A stretch of DNA of 32,000 nucleotides from Candidatus Nitrosopumilus koreensis AR1 (GCF_000299365.1 NC_018655.1:540001-572000); one strand, 5' to 3'. Positions 8,831 through 18,286 are shown, numbered from the stretch's first letter. The notes: generated from the sequence alone by a model not told the origin. A program made the numbers and translations.

Positions 8831-9751
8831 TTATACGTGTACTTGTTTTAGAATGAAATTTGCTAATGCATCTTCGGCTAATTTATTTTTCATAGTAATT
8901 TTAGTTTCAAAAACTTTCATGTCCAGACTCTGAATCTTCTTTGACAGCAATCTGTCTTTAGTATCGATGATCATGTTGGAACATACATCTGAATACATTT
9001 TTGCTAAACCATACGCATTTGATTCTATTCCTGCAGCTTGCATGTATTTTGCAGCAGGACCGCTAATTGCATTGTCCCCAATAAGTGGACTAATTGCCAC
9101 AACTTTTTTCTTTATTTTTGATAACTCTTTTCTGATTCCTTTTATCTGAAGCATTGGTCCAATTGATGTTAATGGATTTCCTGGAGCTAAAATTACCATG
9201 TCTGCGTCATGAATTGCATTTACTGCTTCTGGATTAGGACGGGCTTTGTCTGCTCCAATGTATTGAATTCCTTCAACTGGATCTTTTCCTCTGTGCTTTA
9301 CCCAATATTCTTGTAAATGCAGCTCGCCTTTGTCTGTGATGATTCTTGTTTCAATACTGTTGTCTGTTACTGGTATGATGTTTGCACTAACTGCAAATTT
9401 TTCACACATCCATTTCGTAATGTCACTTAGATTTTTTCCGTTCTTTAACATGTTTGTTCTAATCAGATGTGTTGCAGCATCTCTGTCTCCAACTCTAAAC
9501 CATGTTTCTTCTCCAAATACTTCCATCTGACGCAAAAAATTGAATGTATCTTTCTTGATCCCCCAACCTCTTTCCTGATCTAATAAATCTGCTAATCCAT
9601 AGACAATTGTGTCAATGTCTGGACATACATACAGTCCATACAACCAATAATTGTCTCCAACGTTACTAACTACATTAACTTTGGATTCTTGTGATACTAA
9701 ACCTCTGACTAGTTTGACCGAACCTGTTCCTCCTGCTAAAACTGTGATCAT
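8831..9751 (-). CDS. cofD: 2-phospho-L-lactate transferase (F420 biosynthesis)
   Basis: MITVLAGGTGSVKLVRGL glycine-rich N terminus, GDRD motif (FRVGDRDAATHL) and 306 aa length. It is adjacent to and co-oriented with cofC. Confidence 0.85.
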   Translation of the reverse strand: MITVLAGGTGSVKLVRGLVSQESKVNVVSNVGDNYWLYGLYVCPDIDTIVYGLADLLDQERGWGIKKDTFNFLRQMEVFGEETWFRVGDRDAATHLIRTNMLKNGKNLSDITKWMCEKFAVSANIIPVTDNSIETRIITDKGELHLQEYWVKHRGKDPVEGIQYIGADKARPNPEAVNAIHDADMVILAPGNPLTSIGPMLQIKGIRKELSKIKKKVVAISPLIGDNAISGPAAKYMQAAGIESNAYGLAKMYSDVCSNMIIDTKDRLLSKKIQSLDMKVFETKITMKNKLAEDALANFILKQVHV

Positions 9752-9866
9752 ACCATTTTCTCCTAAAACTGCAGAGTCTGTAATTCTTACTCCATATTAC
9801 TTTTTCAAAAAACATCGATCTTTGTGTTGGATAAGTTTATTACTGCAAATAATTGCTCCCTAGATC

Positions 9867-11243
9867 GTGTCTAGGGCAGTCACTTTAACAATTTTACTTG
9901 CTGGTCTCATCGTTATTGGTTCTAGTACTCCTGTATGGGCTGCCCAAATGGATGCCAGAATTAACCCAAACAGTGATAGCTCTCCATTTAAGATGAATTA
10001 TCAAAAAACAGTTTTCATCGAATATCCAAATGGTGGTGAATTATTTGATGTCTTACAAGGTCATGAATGGAGCGTTATAGGAACTGCTGATTCATCGGAT
10101 CCTGGTGTCAAAAATTTAATGAGACAACTTAATGATAAAATTAAAGCAGATGGTAGCCAAGCCCATATTTCTGACTTGAATGTCTCTTATGATATTCATC
10201 TTAAAGCAAGAAACATCAATACTTCTATTGATTATAGAGTAATTATTGAAGGAACTCTTACAAACTATGTAATTACTAAAGATGCTCAAAAAACATTGGT
10301 TGATTTGGGCTGGAGAGGATTAACTGCAAATGATGATGTTGTAATTGATGGACATGAACTTAATTTTCCAATAAGCATTTTACTTGAAGAAGAACCAGAA
10401 GCATCTGCATTCTTTGTAGGTACTGAAGCCGAAGATGTTTTACACAGAAATCTCATCAACGCTGACTTTATCTTACAACAACCATTAACAAACTGGCATT
10501 TCTTGTTTGATCCAACTGGAATCAACGTTGATGCCGGAACCTTTGGTCTAAGTGAAGAAATCTCTGGATTTGTCGTTTCTAGTTGGACTATGGGAGAAAG
10601 TAGTCTTAGAGAAGGAAGACAAGTAGAAAGAGTCTTTGAAGCAGAGATAATGGCAGATCAAAAATACATTGTTAGAAGTGTACAATCCTCAGATCAAGGA
10701 AACTTGGCTGCAATTGGATTTGGTGCTTTAGATGTTTTTGATGGTGTTGAAATTGCAGGTGTAACTCCAACTCCTCCACAAGATTATGCTACAACATCTA
10801 CTGGTGATTTCCCTGTGATGATTATTTATGGAATGGCTGCTATGGCAGCTATTGCAGGTGGTGCATTCTTTATGTTTAGTAATCGTGCTCTAAAGAATAC
10901 AAAAGAAGGACAACAAGGAATTGATCCTAGTAGATTGCAAGGTTATCAAACTAGCTCCTCATCTGGTGGCTACCAAACCAACAGAGGTGAAGCACAACTA
11001 AAAGATGATTCCAGTTATCAACAAACACGCAGTGTTTATGATACACAATCTTCACAAAGCCCCCCACAACAAACTCCTCCCCCACAACCTGCATCTACAA
11101 ATGAAGAAGCAGCATGTGGCTGTGCAGCATCTGCTGACATGGGCTCTGAATGTGATTGTGCAATGCAAGGTGCATGCTTGTGTGATGCAACATGTGGTTG
11201 TAATGCCGATATTTGTAAAGAACAAGTTAACTCTATGAGTTAA
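9867..11243 (+). CDS. Type-I membrane protein: signal peptide, ~300-aa external domain, one TM, Q/S/P-rich linker, CxC-rich metallothionein-like tail
   Basis: GTG start. Signal peptide TLTILLAGLIVIGSSTPVWAA. TM segment VMIIYGMAAMAAIAGGAFFMF. Low-complexity linker (GYQTSSSSGGYQTN...SQSPPQQTPPPQP). The tail is ACGCAASADMGSECDCAMQGACLCDATCGCNADIC (9 Cys, four CxC pairs). No family recognised. Confidence 0.7.
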   Translation: MSRAVTLTILLAGLIVIGSSTPVWAAQMDARINPNSDSSPFKMNYQKTVFIEYPNGGELFDVLQGHEWSVIGTADSSDPGVKNLMRQLNDKIKADGSQAHISDLNVSYDIHLKARNINTSIDYRVIIEGTLTNYVITKDAQKTLVDLGWRGLTANDDVVIDGHELNFPISILLEEEPEASAFFVGTEAEDVLHRNLINADFILQQPLTNWHFLFDPTGINVDAGTFGLSEEISGFVVSSWTMGESSLREGRQVERVFEAEIMADQKYIVRSVQSSDQGNLAAIGFGALDVFDGVEIAGVTPTPPQDYATTSTGDFPVMIIYGMAAMAAIAGGAFFMFSNRALKNTKEGQQGIDPSRLQGYQTSSSSGGYQTNRGEAQLKDDSSYQQTRSVYDTQSSQSPPQQTPPPQPASTNEEAACGCAASADMGSECDCAMQGACLCDATCGCNADICKEQVNSMS

Positions 11244-11261
11244 ACTAGTGAAATTTTAACA

Positions 11262-11556
11262 AAAATAATGTGTGCTGGGAGTAACCCTCCTTCTGTTTTC
11301 ACGATATTTCGCTTTGCAGCCTACCTGAACTTGGTACAGGATCTTACAGTTCTGTTTGGCTTTGCTCCATGTGGGTCGGCTTTTTCATTCCTTTTATGGA
11401 AACCTCAGGTTTTGCCATCATAGTGCGCCATATTGGATTTTTTTCTGCTCCGTTGCCAATCATCTCTGATTATCCATCTCCGGATCACATTTCCTGTATG
11501 GAGGGAGGAGTTTCCTCTGCCGTAGCAGCGTGTCGTGCTCCAGCTCACATAACTGT
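11262..11556 (-). ncRNA. rnpB: RNase P RNA (ends approximate)
   Basis: This stretch is more G+C-rich than its surroundings. Read on the minus strand it contains GGCAGAGGAAACUCCUCCC (CR-I, compare GAGGAAAGUCC), GGCGCAC, CCACAUGGAGCAAAGCCAAACAG (compare bacterial CCACCCGGAGCAAGGCCAAAUAG), GUUCAGGUAGGCUGC (compare GGGUAGGCUGC) and AAAACAGAAGGAGGGUUAC (CR-V, compare ACAGAAnnnGGCUUA). The 5' UAUGUGAGCUGGAG pairs with the 3' CUCCCAGCACACAUA-like end as helix P1. The CUCC/GGAG plus AAC/GUU pairing gives P4 with a bulged U. A T5 tract (11261..11265) follows the 3' end. A TTTAAG TATA-like box lies about 35 nt upstream of the first P1 base (11554; the true 5' end is not established). Confidence 0.8.
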
Positions 11557-11586
11557 GGTAACTGCTTGTTGGATTTGAATATTGCC

Positions 11587-12210
11587 TTAAATCTTTGTAC
11601 CTGTTATGAATAAAGTCCCAAACTCTCTTTTCCATTTTTTTCTGCTTTTCAAATCTTTGATATGTTTAGTTTTTACTTGAAAACCTGCATTTTGAAAAAA
11701 CTGTCTCCATTCTTTTTTTGAATGTAAATGCATTTGTATTTTCATAACATCTGCCCATCTTGCAGTTGCTTTGTTATCTGTGTAAAAATCTGTGCCGCAA
11801 AAAAACTGTCCTCCTGGTTTTAACAATTTGTATATTTTTTTGAGTGCCTCTTCAATAGAGTCTGAATAGTATAATGTCTCCATTGAGAAAATAAAATTAA
11901 ATTTTCCTTTGTATTTCCATGATTCGATATCTGTGTGAAAAAACTCTTCCTTTTCACTGTCTATCTTCTTTTTTGCCTGAATGATCATTTTTTTACTTTT
12001 GTCAATTCCAACTGCTTTTTTACAATTGTTCTCTTTAGCAATTTTTCTTACAACCCATCCATTCCCACATCCTACATCTAAGAAACTAAAAGGCTTGTCA
12101 AATGTTATTGTATCTAAGAATTTTGAAACATTTTTTCCATGCTCTACTTCCATCAATTCTGCTCTACCGTTTTGAGCCCATTCATCAAAAGTTTTTCTAA
12201 CACCGTCCAT
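11587..12210 (-). CDS. Class I SAM-dependent methyltransferase
   Basis: Motif I FLDVGCGNGW, post-I acidic residue (VGIDKS) and LKPGGQFF. 207 aa. The substrate cannot be inferred. Confidence 0.8.
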   Translation of the reverse strand: MDGVRKTFDEWAQNGRAELMEVEHGKNVSKFLDTITFDKPFSFLDVGCGNGWVVRKIAKENNCKKAVGIDKSKKMIIQAKKKIDSEKEEFFHTDIESWKYKGKFNFIFSMETLYYSDSIEEALKKIYKLLKPGGQFFCGTDFYTDNKATARWADVMKIQMHLHSKKEWRQFFQNAGFQVKTKHIKDLKSRKKWKREFGTLFITGTKI

Positions 12211-12320
12211 GAATTTTATTTTTTTAATTTACATTATAATCTTCTTGTTGCTGATGATTTGTATGAATAATTTCTACGTGCGCCTTATATTCAATTTTCA
12301 CAAATATTTTTTGAATAGAA

Positions 12321-12536
12321 ATGCCTGACGAATCATGTAGAAGTTGCGGTGGAAAACTAATCGAGCACACAAAATGCGCTCATTGTATGAAACCTAACAG
12401 CATGATTTGTGTAGATTGTGCCCTTTGCACAATTGAGCAATTTCATTCAATTTGTACGTCTGTGGAGACAAATCAAATCAATACTGTGCCATTTTTCAAG
12501 CCTGGCATCTGCTCTCGGGTAGCTGCCATGGCTTGA
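12321..12536 (+). CDS. Small Cys-rich (zinc-ribbon-like) protein
   Basis: 71 aa with CRSCG...CAHC and CVDCALC clusters. ATG start preceded by an AT-rich promoter-like region. No family recognised. Confidence 0.45.
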   Translation: MPDESCRSCGGKLIEHTKCAHCMKPNSMICVDCALCTIEQFHSICTSVETNQINTVPFFKPGICSRVAAMA

Positions 12537-12654
12537 TTCTTCGAACTTTTAACACAGATTGAAAATCACTTGCTGTTATTTTTAGATCTTAAAACAAAAT
12601 TCATGATTATCTTTTCTAACTAAAACTCAAATACTGATATTCACTAGTTTTGAT

Positions 12655-15270
12655 GTGAGCAAATTTTTCATCGTTTTTCTTTTAAGCAGTATTTTGTTAG
12701 CCAGTTCATTTAGTAACGGATTGGCATATGCCCATTGGGATGCTCCTCCTCAGGGAAGTGCATATCATACTACTGTTACATTGGAGCAAATTCAATTCAA
12801 TGAAGGTTCAACTACTTGGAATGATATTCTAACTGCCGACCTAGTAATTGGTTGGAATGTTGAACTTACTGGACATTCTGATTCTGTCTCTGGAGATGTG
12901 ATGGCATTTACAGATGTTTCAATCTCTGAGAACACATACTTGGAAATTGGTGAAGAGGTGATTAGTCATGATGAATGCTCTCCTTTAGGAGATATCAAGA
13001 TAAAATTATGGGCTGCAGAATCTGATCAAGATAATCTATCTGACACTGCAAAACACATCAATCAAAGAGTTCAATCCGATGATTCGTCATCTTATGCCGA
13101 CATTACATTACAAGACACATTGTCAGAACAAGGTGATGAGTGGATTGGAACCTCTTCTAGAACTGTTCCTGGTTCTCATGCAGAAGGATTTGCGATTTAC
13201 GAAAATGAACTTCATGCCAAAATTGGTTCTGATGAAAGTATCTCCGGGGTCTTTGTGATAAAAAGAGTACAGACCTATCAAAGTAATGATAATTGTCTAG
13301 TTCAAGAAGATGACGCTGTTTCTTTGATTCCTGCTTGGTTCAAAAACAATGCAAGATGGTGGCAAGAAGAAATAATTTCAGATACTGAAATTGTTAATGC
13401 TCTAGAAAGTCTCTTGATTCAAGACGTCATTCCGCTTGACAAATTCCTTGAATCCCATACTGGTTTGGAACATGAAGCAGGTGTTGAAAAAGGCGGAACC
13501 TTTGTTACAATTCCTGAATACCAAAAAACTGTATTTGGTTATTGGAGTGAAGGATTAGTTTCTGATGGGGAGATTGTTAATTCAATTGGACATTTAATGA
13601 GTACCGGAATCATTAGCTCTGAAAAAATTAAAGAAAAAGTTCAGGAAAAAATTGAAGAAAAAACCCGTGATGAATTTGGAAGGCCTGAAAGCAGTCCTGC
13701 GCGTGACAGTAATGCAGGTACCTATCACATATCTACTCCTGGAATCTTATTCAGTATTTATGAAACTCAAAAACTCAATGAACTGTCTTTTAATTTACTA
13801 CTAGATGTAAAAAATGCAGAATCTGCTCTTCTCAAAAAGGCATCTGTAGTTGCTTGGGATGATTATGCAAAAGAACCTACTCAAGAAAAGGCAATCAGAG
13901 CTCAAACTATTGAAAAACTTTCTGACAAGACTACTGATGATGCATTATTTGTTGCAAAACAATTATCCAAACTAAAAGATGGTATGGAGCAAACAAAAAT
14001 TTATGCAAAAACTTTGAATTTTAATCTTGAATCATTTGATCAAATTGATTCTGAAATTGATACTAGAATGGATAATCTGCCAAAATTATCTTCTCTGGAA
14101 TCTATTGAATCTGGCGCAAAAGAATTGCAGAAAATTCAAAAAGAAACTAATTCCAGCATGCGTGAATCGTTATCATTGTTATTTACTGATTCCCTTTCAA
14201 AATATTTAAAAAATTCTGAAGATAATTACAAACTAAAAAATTCATTAGATGAACAATTATCTGATGTCACATTTTCAAATATTGATAATGTAGATGTATT
14301 AAGTGATGTAATTAGACCTCCTACTGGTGAATTAATTTTTGAAAATGATTCTACAGACACTTATTTCAAAATTCACCCTCCTACCGTAGATGAACATGGT
14401 AATAGTATTCCGTCTGAACTTGAACTCTGTTTTACCTTTACTTCCGATGCATTAGACACTCAATGGGGTCCTGATGCTTTTGACATTGATGATTTTAGTA
14501 CAACTGGGAATTTTATTGCTAGCATTTTTAATCCTGAAATCTCTGATTCTACAGACACTTATTTCAAAATTCACCCTCCTACCGTAGATGAACATGGTGA
14601 TAGTATTCCGTCTGAACTTGAACTCTGTTTTACCTTTACTTCCGATGCATTAGACACTCAATGGGGTCCTGATGCTTTTGACATTGATTGGAATGATTAT
14701 TCTGATGAAGGAACGCCATTTACCTATCATGATGATTGGAATTTTGTCCCAAATTCTGATGTTCATGAACAAATTGATGAAATTGTGGATGAAGTTGATA
14801 TCGTTGCAGAACAAATCCAACCTATCATTGTTCTAATCGGTGATGGATTTGCCGAAAAATTTGATTCTGATAATTACACTTCCACAGAAGAACCTGATGC
14901 CTCAGAAGAACCTGATTCTGTAAATGATTCACAAACCCCTGACAGTAATGATGGTGATATCTTAATCAAAATTTTGAACATACAAGGAGTCCATGCTCCA
15001 ATAGTGCAATTCTCAATACAATCTGCAGGATATTGTCCTGAATCATATTCTCCGTACTTTGGAGCAATTTTAGATGTAAATGGTGATTTTGTAGACCTTG
15101 ACGCTAGTCAACATGCAGGTGCCACACCAACTTGCCAAATAATTTCTACATCCTATCATTCAGTGAGTGACATCTATGTAACACAAGAACAAATTGACAA
15201 TTTTATTTCTGAAACCAACTATTACGGAACTCCTATGGATCCTCGTTATGGTCAGTTCTATGGTCAATGA
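12655..15270 (+). CDS. Large secreted, highly acidic protein with internal repeats
   Basis: GTG start. Signal peptide FFIVFLLSSILLASSFSNGLAYA. Two copies of a W-rich ~37-aa motif (IPAWFKNNARWWQEEIISDTEIVNALESLLIQDVIPL and IPEYQKTVFGYWSEGLVSDGEIVNSIGHLMSTGIISS). A coiled, charged middle region and a duplicated 48-aa module follow. There is no C-terminal anchor. Confidence 0.75.
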   Translation: MSKFFIVFLLSSILLASSFSNGLAYAHWDAPPQGSAYHTTVTLEQIQFNEGSTTWNDILTADLVIGWNVELTGHSDSVSGDVMAFTDVSISENTYLEIGEEVISHDECSPLGDIKIKLWAAESDQDNLSDTAKHINQRVQSDDSSSYADITLQDTLSEQGDEWIGTSSRTVPGSHAEGFAIYENELHAKIGSDESISGVFVIKRVQTYQSNDNCLVQEDDAVSLIPAWFKNNARWWQEEIISDTEIVNALESLLIQDVIPLDKFLESHTGLEHEAGVEKGGTFVTIPEYQKTVFGYWSEGLVSDGEIVNSIGHLMSTGIISSEKIKEKVQEKIEEKTRDEFGRPESSPARDSNAGTYHISTPGILFSIYETQKLNELSFNLLLDVKNAESALLKKASVVAWDDYAKEPTQEKAIRAQTIEKLSDKTTDDALFVAKQLSKLKDGMEQTKIYAKTLNFNLESFDQIDSEIDTRMDNLPKLSSLESIESGAKELQKIQKETNSSMRESLSLLFTDSLSKYLKNSEDNYKLKNSLDEQLSDVTFSNIDNVDVLSDVIRPPTGELIFENDSTDTYFKIHPPTVDEHGNSIPSELELCFTFTSDALDTQWGPDAFDIDDFSTTGNFIASIFNPEISDSTDTYFKIHPPTVDEHGDSIPSELELCFTFTSDALDTQWGPDAFDIDWNDYSDEGTPFTYHDDWNFVPNSDVHEQIDEIVDEVDIVAEQIQPIIVLIGDGFAEKFDSDNYTSTEEPDASEEPDSVNDSQTPDSNDGDILIKILNIQGVHAPIVQFSIQSAGYCPESYSPYFGAILDVNGDFVDLDASQHAGATPTCQIISTSYHSVSDIYVTQEQIDNFISETNYYGTPMDPRYGQFYGQ
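14347..14688 (+). repeat. Two 144-bp direct copies (14347..14490 and 14545..14688, period 198 bp) inside the 871-aa CDS
   Basis: The copies are identical except for one base (A at 14401 versus G at 14599, Asn/Asp). Each encodes DSTDTYFKIHPPTVDEHG(N/D)SIPSELELCFTFTSDALDTQWGPDAFDID. The flanks are unrelated. Confidence 0.95.
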
Positions 15271-16494
15271 TTATTCTTTCTTACCTGCTTTTTTTACCAT
15301 GGAAAATAACTGTCTGACTGCTAGTTTTGGATGACTGGTTGCAAGCTTTAACATATTTGATAATCCAAAATCTGCTTTGATAAAATCCAAAAATTCTTCA
15401 GGTTTTAATTCACTGATAATGTCCAATTCTTTGTCCCAGTCCTCATCGGTTAATCCAATCCATCTGTCCTGTACTTTTCCTGCAGATTTTATTTTAGACT
15501 CTATTGCTTTTTTCCAATTCTCTTCATATTCTGATAGTTTCTTTTCTGATGTGTCATTGGATTTTATTGCTTTTGCAGCTACTTCTCCTGCTATTCTTCC
15601 AAATTTTATTGCGTAACGTATTCCTTCAAGAACCAATGGGTTTGCTTGGCCTGCTGAATCTCCTACTAGAATCAAGTTATCATAAACTGTTTTTCTTGAA
15701 AGACCATCATTTGGAATTAATCCATAATGAAATTCAATTGGTTCAATTTTACCTAAATCTGCAATTGGGCCTTCTTTATTTTTGATTAATTCTTTTAGTC
15801 GTGCTATTGGGTCTACACTGGAATCTGGTTTTCCAATACCCACTCCGATTCTTGCAATGTTGTTTCCTAATGGAAAAATCCATGCATATCCAGCTGGGGA
15901 ATACCTCTGTCCCACCATTAACCACCATGTATCTGATTGAACGTGTTCGACTTTTGCCTCGTATTCTGCACCTGCCCCAAATCTCTCCCATTGTTTTACT
16001 AGCCCCATTGATTTTGCAACAGTTGATTGAAAACCGCTAGCATCAATGATCACCTTGCCATAAAACTCAATATTTTTTTCATATCTAGTTGCCTTTACTC
16101 CGATTATTTTTCCTGACTCGTCTTTGATTACGTCTTTTACGAAAGTGTCGACAAAGGTTTCAGTACCTTCCTCTTCTGCTTGTGTTGCAAGCCATCGATA
16201 TGTTTTTCTTACATCTAGCACTGCTGAGCGAGCAACTGTATCCCCGATGCTAACTTTGTTGTTTGGTGAATAAAATACAAAATTCTTTACTGGATTGTAA
16301 CAATCGTCTGGAATTCCAAACTCTTTGATGTTTTGAATCCAAGTAACACCGCTGGTCCTAACTGATTCTGCAATTGATTCTTCTTTTTCAATCATTGCAA
16401 CCTTCAATCCGTTCTTTGAAGCAGCATATGCAGCTGATGAGCCTGCAGGACCTCCGCCTACAACTACTAAATCATAATCATGTGTATCTGACAA
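15271..16494 (-). CDS. Geranylgeranyl reductase family flavoprotein (likely digeranylgeranylglycerophospholipid reductase)
   Basis: FAD-binding N terminus YDLVVVGGGPAGSSAAYAASKNGLKVAMIEK and GDSAGQANP motif. Size is 407 aa. The stop abuts the stop of the convergent 871-aa gene. Confidence 0.85.
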   Translation of the reverse strand: MSDTHDYDLVVVGGGPAGSSAAYAASKNGLKVAMIEKEESIAESVRTSGVTWIQNIKEFGIPDDCYNPVKNFVFYSPNNKVSIGDTVARSAVLDVRKTYRWLATQAEEEGTETFVDTFVKDVIKDESGKIIGVKATRYEKNIEFYGKVIIDASGFQSTVAKSMGLVKQWERFGAGAEYEAKVEHVQSDTWWLMVGQRYSPAGYAWIFPLGNNIARIGVGIGKPDSSVDPIARLKELIKNKEGPIADLGKIEPIEFHYGLIPNDGLSRKTVYDNLILVGDSAGQANPLVLEGIRYAIKFGRIAGEVAAKAIKSNDTSEKKLSEYEENWKKAIESKIKSAGKVQDRWIGLTDEDWDKELDIISELKPEEFLDFIKADFGLSNMLKLATSHPKLAVRQLFSMVKKAGKKE

Positions 16495-16545
16495 TTGGTT
16501 TGAATCAACACCATCTAGGATATAATTTTGAGGAAATATGAAAAA

Positions 16546-16755
16546 TTATTTTTTCAATACAGGCACGCCGTTTGAATCATTCTCTCTTTCTGGATCAAAT
16601 GTGCTCATATGTGCTAGATCTCGGTGCATGTAACTGTGAGTTTCACCTTCTTTTTTTCTACAGAACTTTGAATGAATTGTCTCTTCTATTTTCAATGTGG
16701 TCTCATTTTCATGAAACAGTCGTTTTCCACATTCAGGACATGTGAATTCAGGCAT
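16546..16755 (-). CDS. Small zinc-finger protein (C2HC/C2H2-like)
   Basis: MPEFTCPECGKRLFHENETTLKIEETIHSKFC. The ATG at 16755 is preferred over the TTG at 16773 used in the ORF track. Confidence 0.5.
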   Translation of the reverse strand: MPEFTCPECGKRLFHENETTLKIEETIHSKFCRKKEGETHSYMHRDLAHMSTFDPERENDSNGVPVLKK

Positions 16756-16936
16756 ATTTTTAGACCATATCAAATCTATTTAGATGTTTCATGTTGTTGA
16801 CCTCGCCCTGATCCGAAACTTTAGATGTTTAAAAATACATTATTTTTCATGGATGAATCTCAAATCTCATCTTTTGTAATGTGGTCTGCTGTTACTGGAA
16901 TCATAATGCTTGTCACTGGATTAAGTTATCGGGCAT

Positions 16937-17536
16937 ATGTGGGGAAAAAGAACCGTGAGATCTCTTCATCTTGAAAAAAAAGGTCTGCGTGGATTAGCTA
17001 TTGCTGAAAGCTTTAAACAAAATTCTACAAAATCCATCTTCTCAGGTGTTGTAATGCGCAGAGACTTTGTTATTGATGGATTTGTTTTTGGCAGTGCTAC
17101 CTTGGAAGGAAATGATGCCACTGATGCAATATTGAAGATGTATGACGATCTAGAAAGACCTGATGTTAGCTATATTCTGATTTCTGGATTAATTGTTTCA
17201 ATGTATAACATCATTGACATCAAAAAATTATTTGAAGTATTGAAAATCCCAATAATTGGCGTTTCATACCGTGACTCTTCTGGAATTGAAGACTCACTAA
17301 AACATCACTTCCCAAATTCTTTTGAATCCAAGATAAATGAATATGAAAAATTAGGTAAACGAGAAAAAATCACACTAAGTACATCTCATGATGTTTATGT
17401 TCGAAAAGAAGGGTGCACATTAAATGATGTGCGCCATCTTCTCAATGATTTAACATTACATGGTTCTATTCCTGAACCAATTAGAGTTTCTCAACTTTTG
17501 GCAAAAACATTACTTGAGAAAGGCTTATCCTTCTGA
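16937..17536 (+). CDS. DUF99 / UPF0215 family protein (endonuclease-V-like fold)
   Basis: LRGLAIAESF...SGVVMRRDFVIDGFVFGSATLEGNDATDAI...YILISGLIVSMYNIIDI...IPIIGVSYRD follows the UPF0215 pattern as I remember it. The start could also be the GTG at 16955. Confidence 0.65.
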   Translation: MWGKRTVRSLHLEKKGLRGLAIAESFKQNSTKSIFSGVVMRRDFVIDGFVFGSATLEGNDATDAILKMYDDLERPDVSYILISGLIVSMYNIIDIKKLFEVLKIPIIGVSYRDSSGIEDSLKHHFPNSFESKINEYEKLGKREKITLSTSHDVYVRKEGCTLNDVRHLLNDLTLHGSIPEPIRVSQLLAKTLLEKGLSF

Positions 17537-18286
17537 AGCTGTTTTTCCACCATCAACATTTAGAATTGCCCCAGTAACCCAACTTGCTTCATCTGAAGCC
17601 AAGTATAACACTGCATTTGCAACGTCTTCTGGTTCCCCAACTCTTGCCAGTGGCAATCTCTCTTCAAGTACTTTTCTTGCTTGAGGATCATCAAGATATG
17701 GCTTGATTGAGCCTGAATTAATTATTCCAGGGTTGACACAGTTACATCTAATGTTTCTTCTTGCGTATTCTACTGCAATTGATTTTGTAAACATGGGGAT
17801 TGCCGCTTTAGTTGCAGAATAAACTGCTAAATGCACTCTTGGAATTGCTCTCTCACTTGAAATAGAGCCTATATTTACAATCGCACCATTTTTGACATCA
17901 GACATCTTTGTTAGAACAGCTTTTGTCATATGAAAAACTCCTAACAAGTTTACGTCAATGAGTTTCCTAATTTCTGAATCCTGCATTTCATGAAAATGGA
18001 TTGGATCATTAATTGCGCCTGCATTGTTTACCAAAATGTCTATTCTCCCGTATGTGTCCATGATTTGATTTACAACTTGCAGTGCTTGAGATTCATCTGT
18101 CAAATCACATGTCATTGACACTGTAGAGTCTTCACTTCCTATCTCTTTTCTTGCTTTTTCTAACCCTTCTAGATTTCTAGCGACAAGAACAACCTTTGCC
18201 CCTTCCTCAACAAATTTCTTAGCAATGCCCTTGCCAATGTCGCTTGATGCACCTGTAACTATTGCAACTTTATCGTTTAATCTCAT
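17525..18286 (-). CDS. Short-chain dehydrogenase/reductase (FabG-like)
   Basis: [12 protein letters not shown] cofactor motif, NNAG, and the catalytic S...YSATKAA (YxxxK). Confidence 0.85.
   Translation of the reverse strand: MRLNDKVAIVTGASSDIGKGIAKKFVEEGAKVVLVARNLEGLEKARKEIGSEDSTVSMTCDLTDESQALQVVNQIMDTYGRIDILVNNAGAINDPIHFHEMQDSEIRKLIDVNLLGVFHMTKAVLTKMSDVKNGAIVNIGSISSERAIPRVHLAVYSATKAAIPMFTKSIAVEYARRNIRCNCVNPGIINSGSIKPYLDDPQARKVLEERLPLARVGEPEDVANAVLYLASDEASWVTGAILNVDGGKTASEG

Noticed and set aside
7840-9863. Antisense ORFs within the tfb, cofC and cofD genes (7840..8109, 8232..8486, 8492..8695, 8967..9149, 9330..9530, 9651..9863)
   Set aside because: Each is nested in or overlaps a strongly supported gene on the other strand and has no motifs.
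11369-11635. Listed ORFs 11369..11578 (+) and 11405..11635 (-)
   Set aside because: They fall on the RNase P RNA locus. The elevated G+C content and conserved RNA motifs explain the open frames.
15377-16040. ORFs 15377..15616, 15504..15785, 15776..15991 and 15801..16040
   Set aside because: All lie inside the geranylgeranyl reductase gene (antisense or out of frame) and give leucine-rich, low-complexity translations.
16779-16830. Exact 11-bp direct repeat TTTAGATGTTT (16779..16789 and 16820..16830) in a divergent intergenic region
   Set aside because: With about 5e8 position pairs in 32 kb and 4^11 (about 4.2e6) possible 11-mers, more than 100 chance 11-mer matches are expected, and more still in AT-rich DNA. 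It is not significant on its own.
16849-16974. 41-aa ORF MDESQISSFVMWSAVTGIIMLVTGLSYRAYVGKKNREISSS with one TM helix
   Set aside because: It is plausible as a micro-membrane protein, but it overlaps the DUF99 gene start, is unrecognised and is too short to support without expression data.
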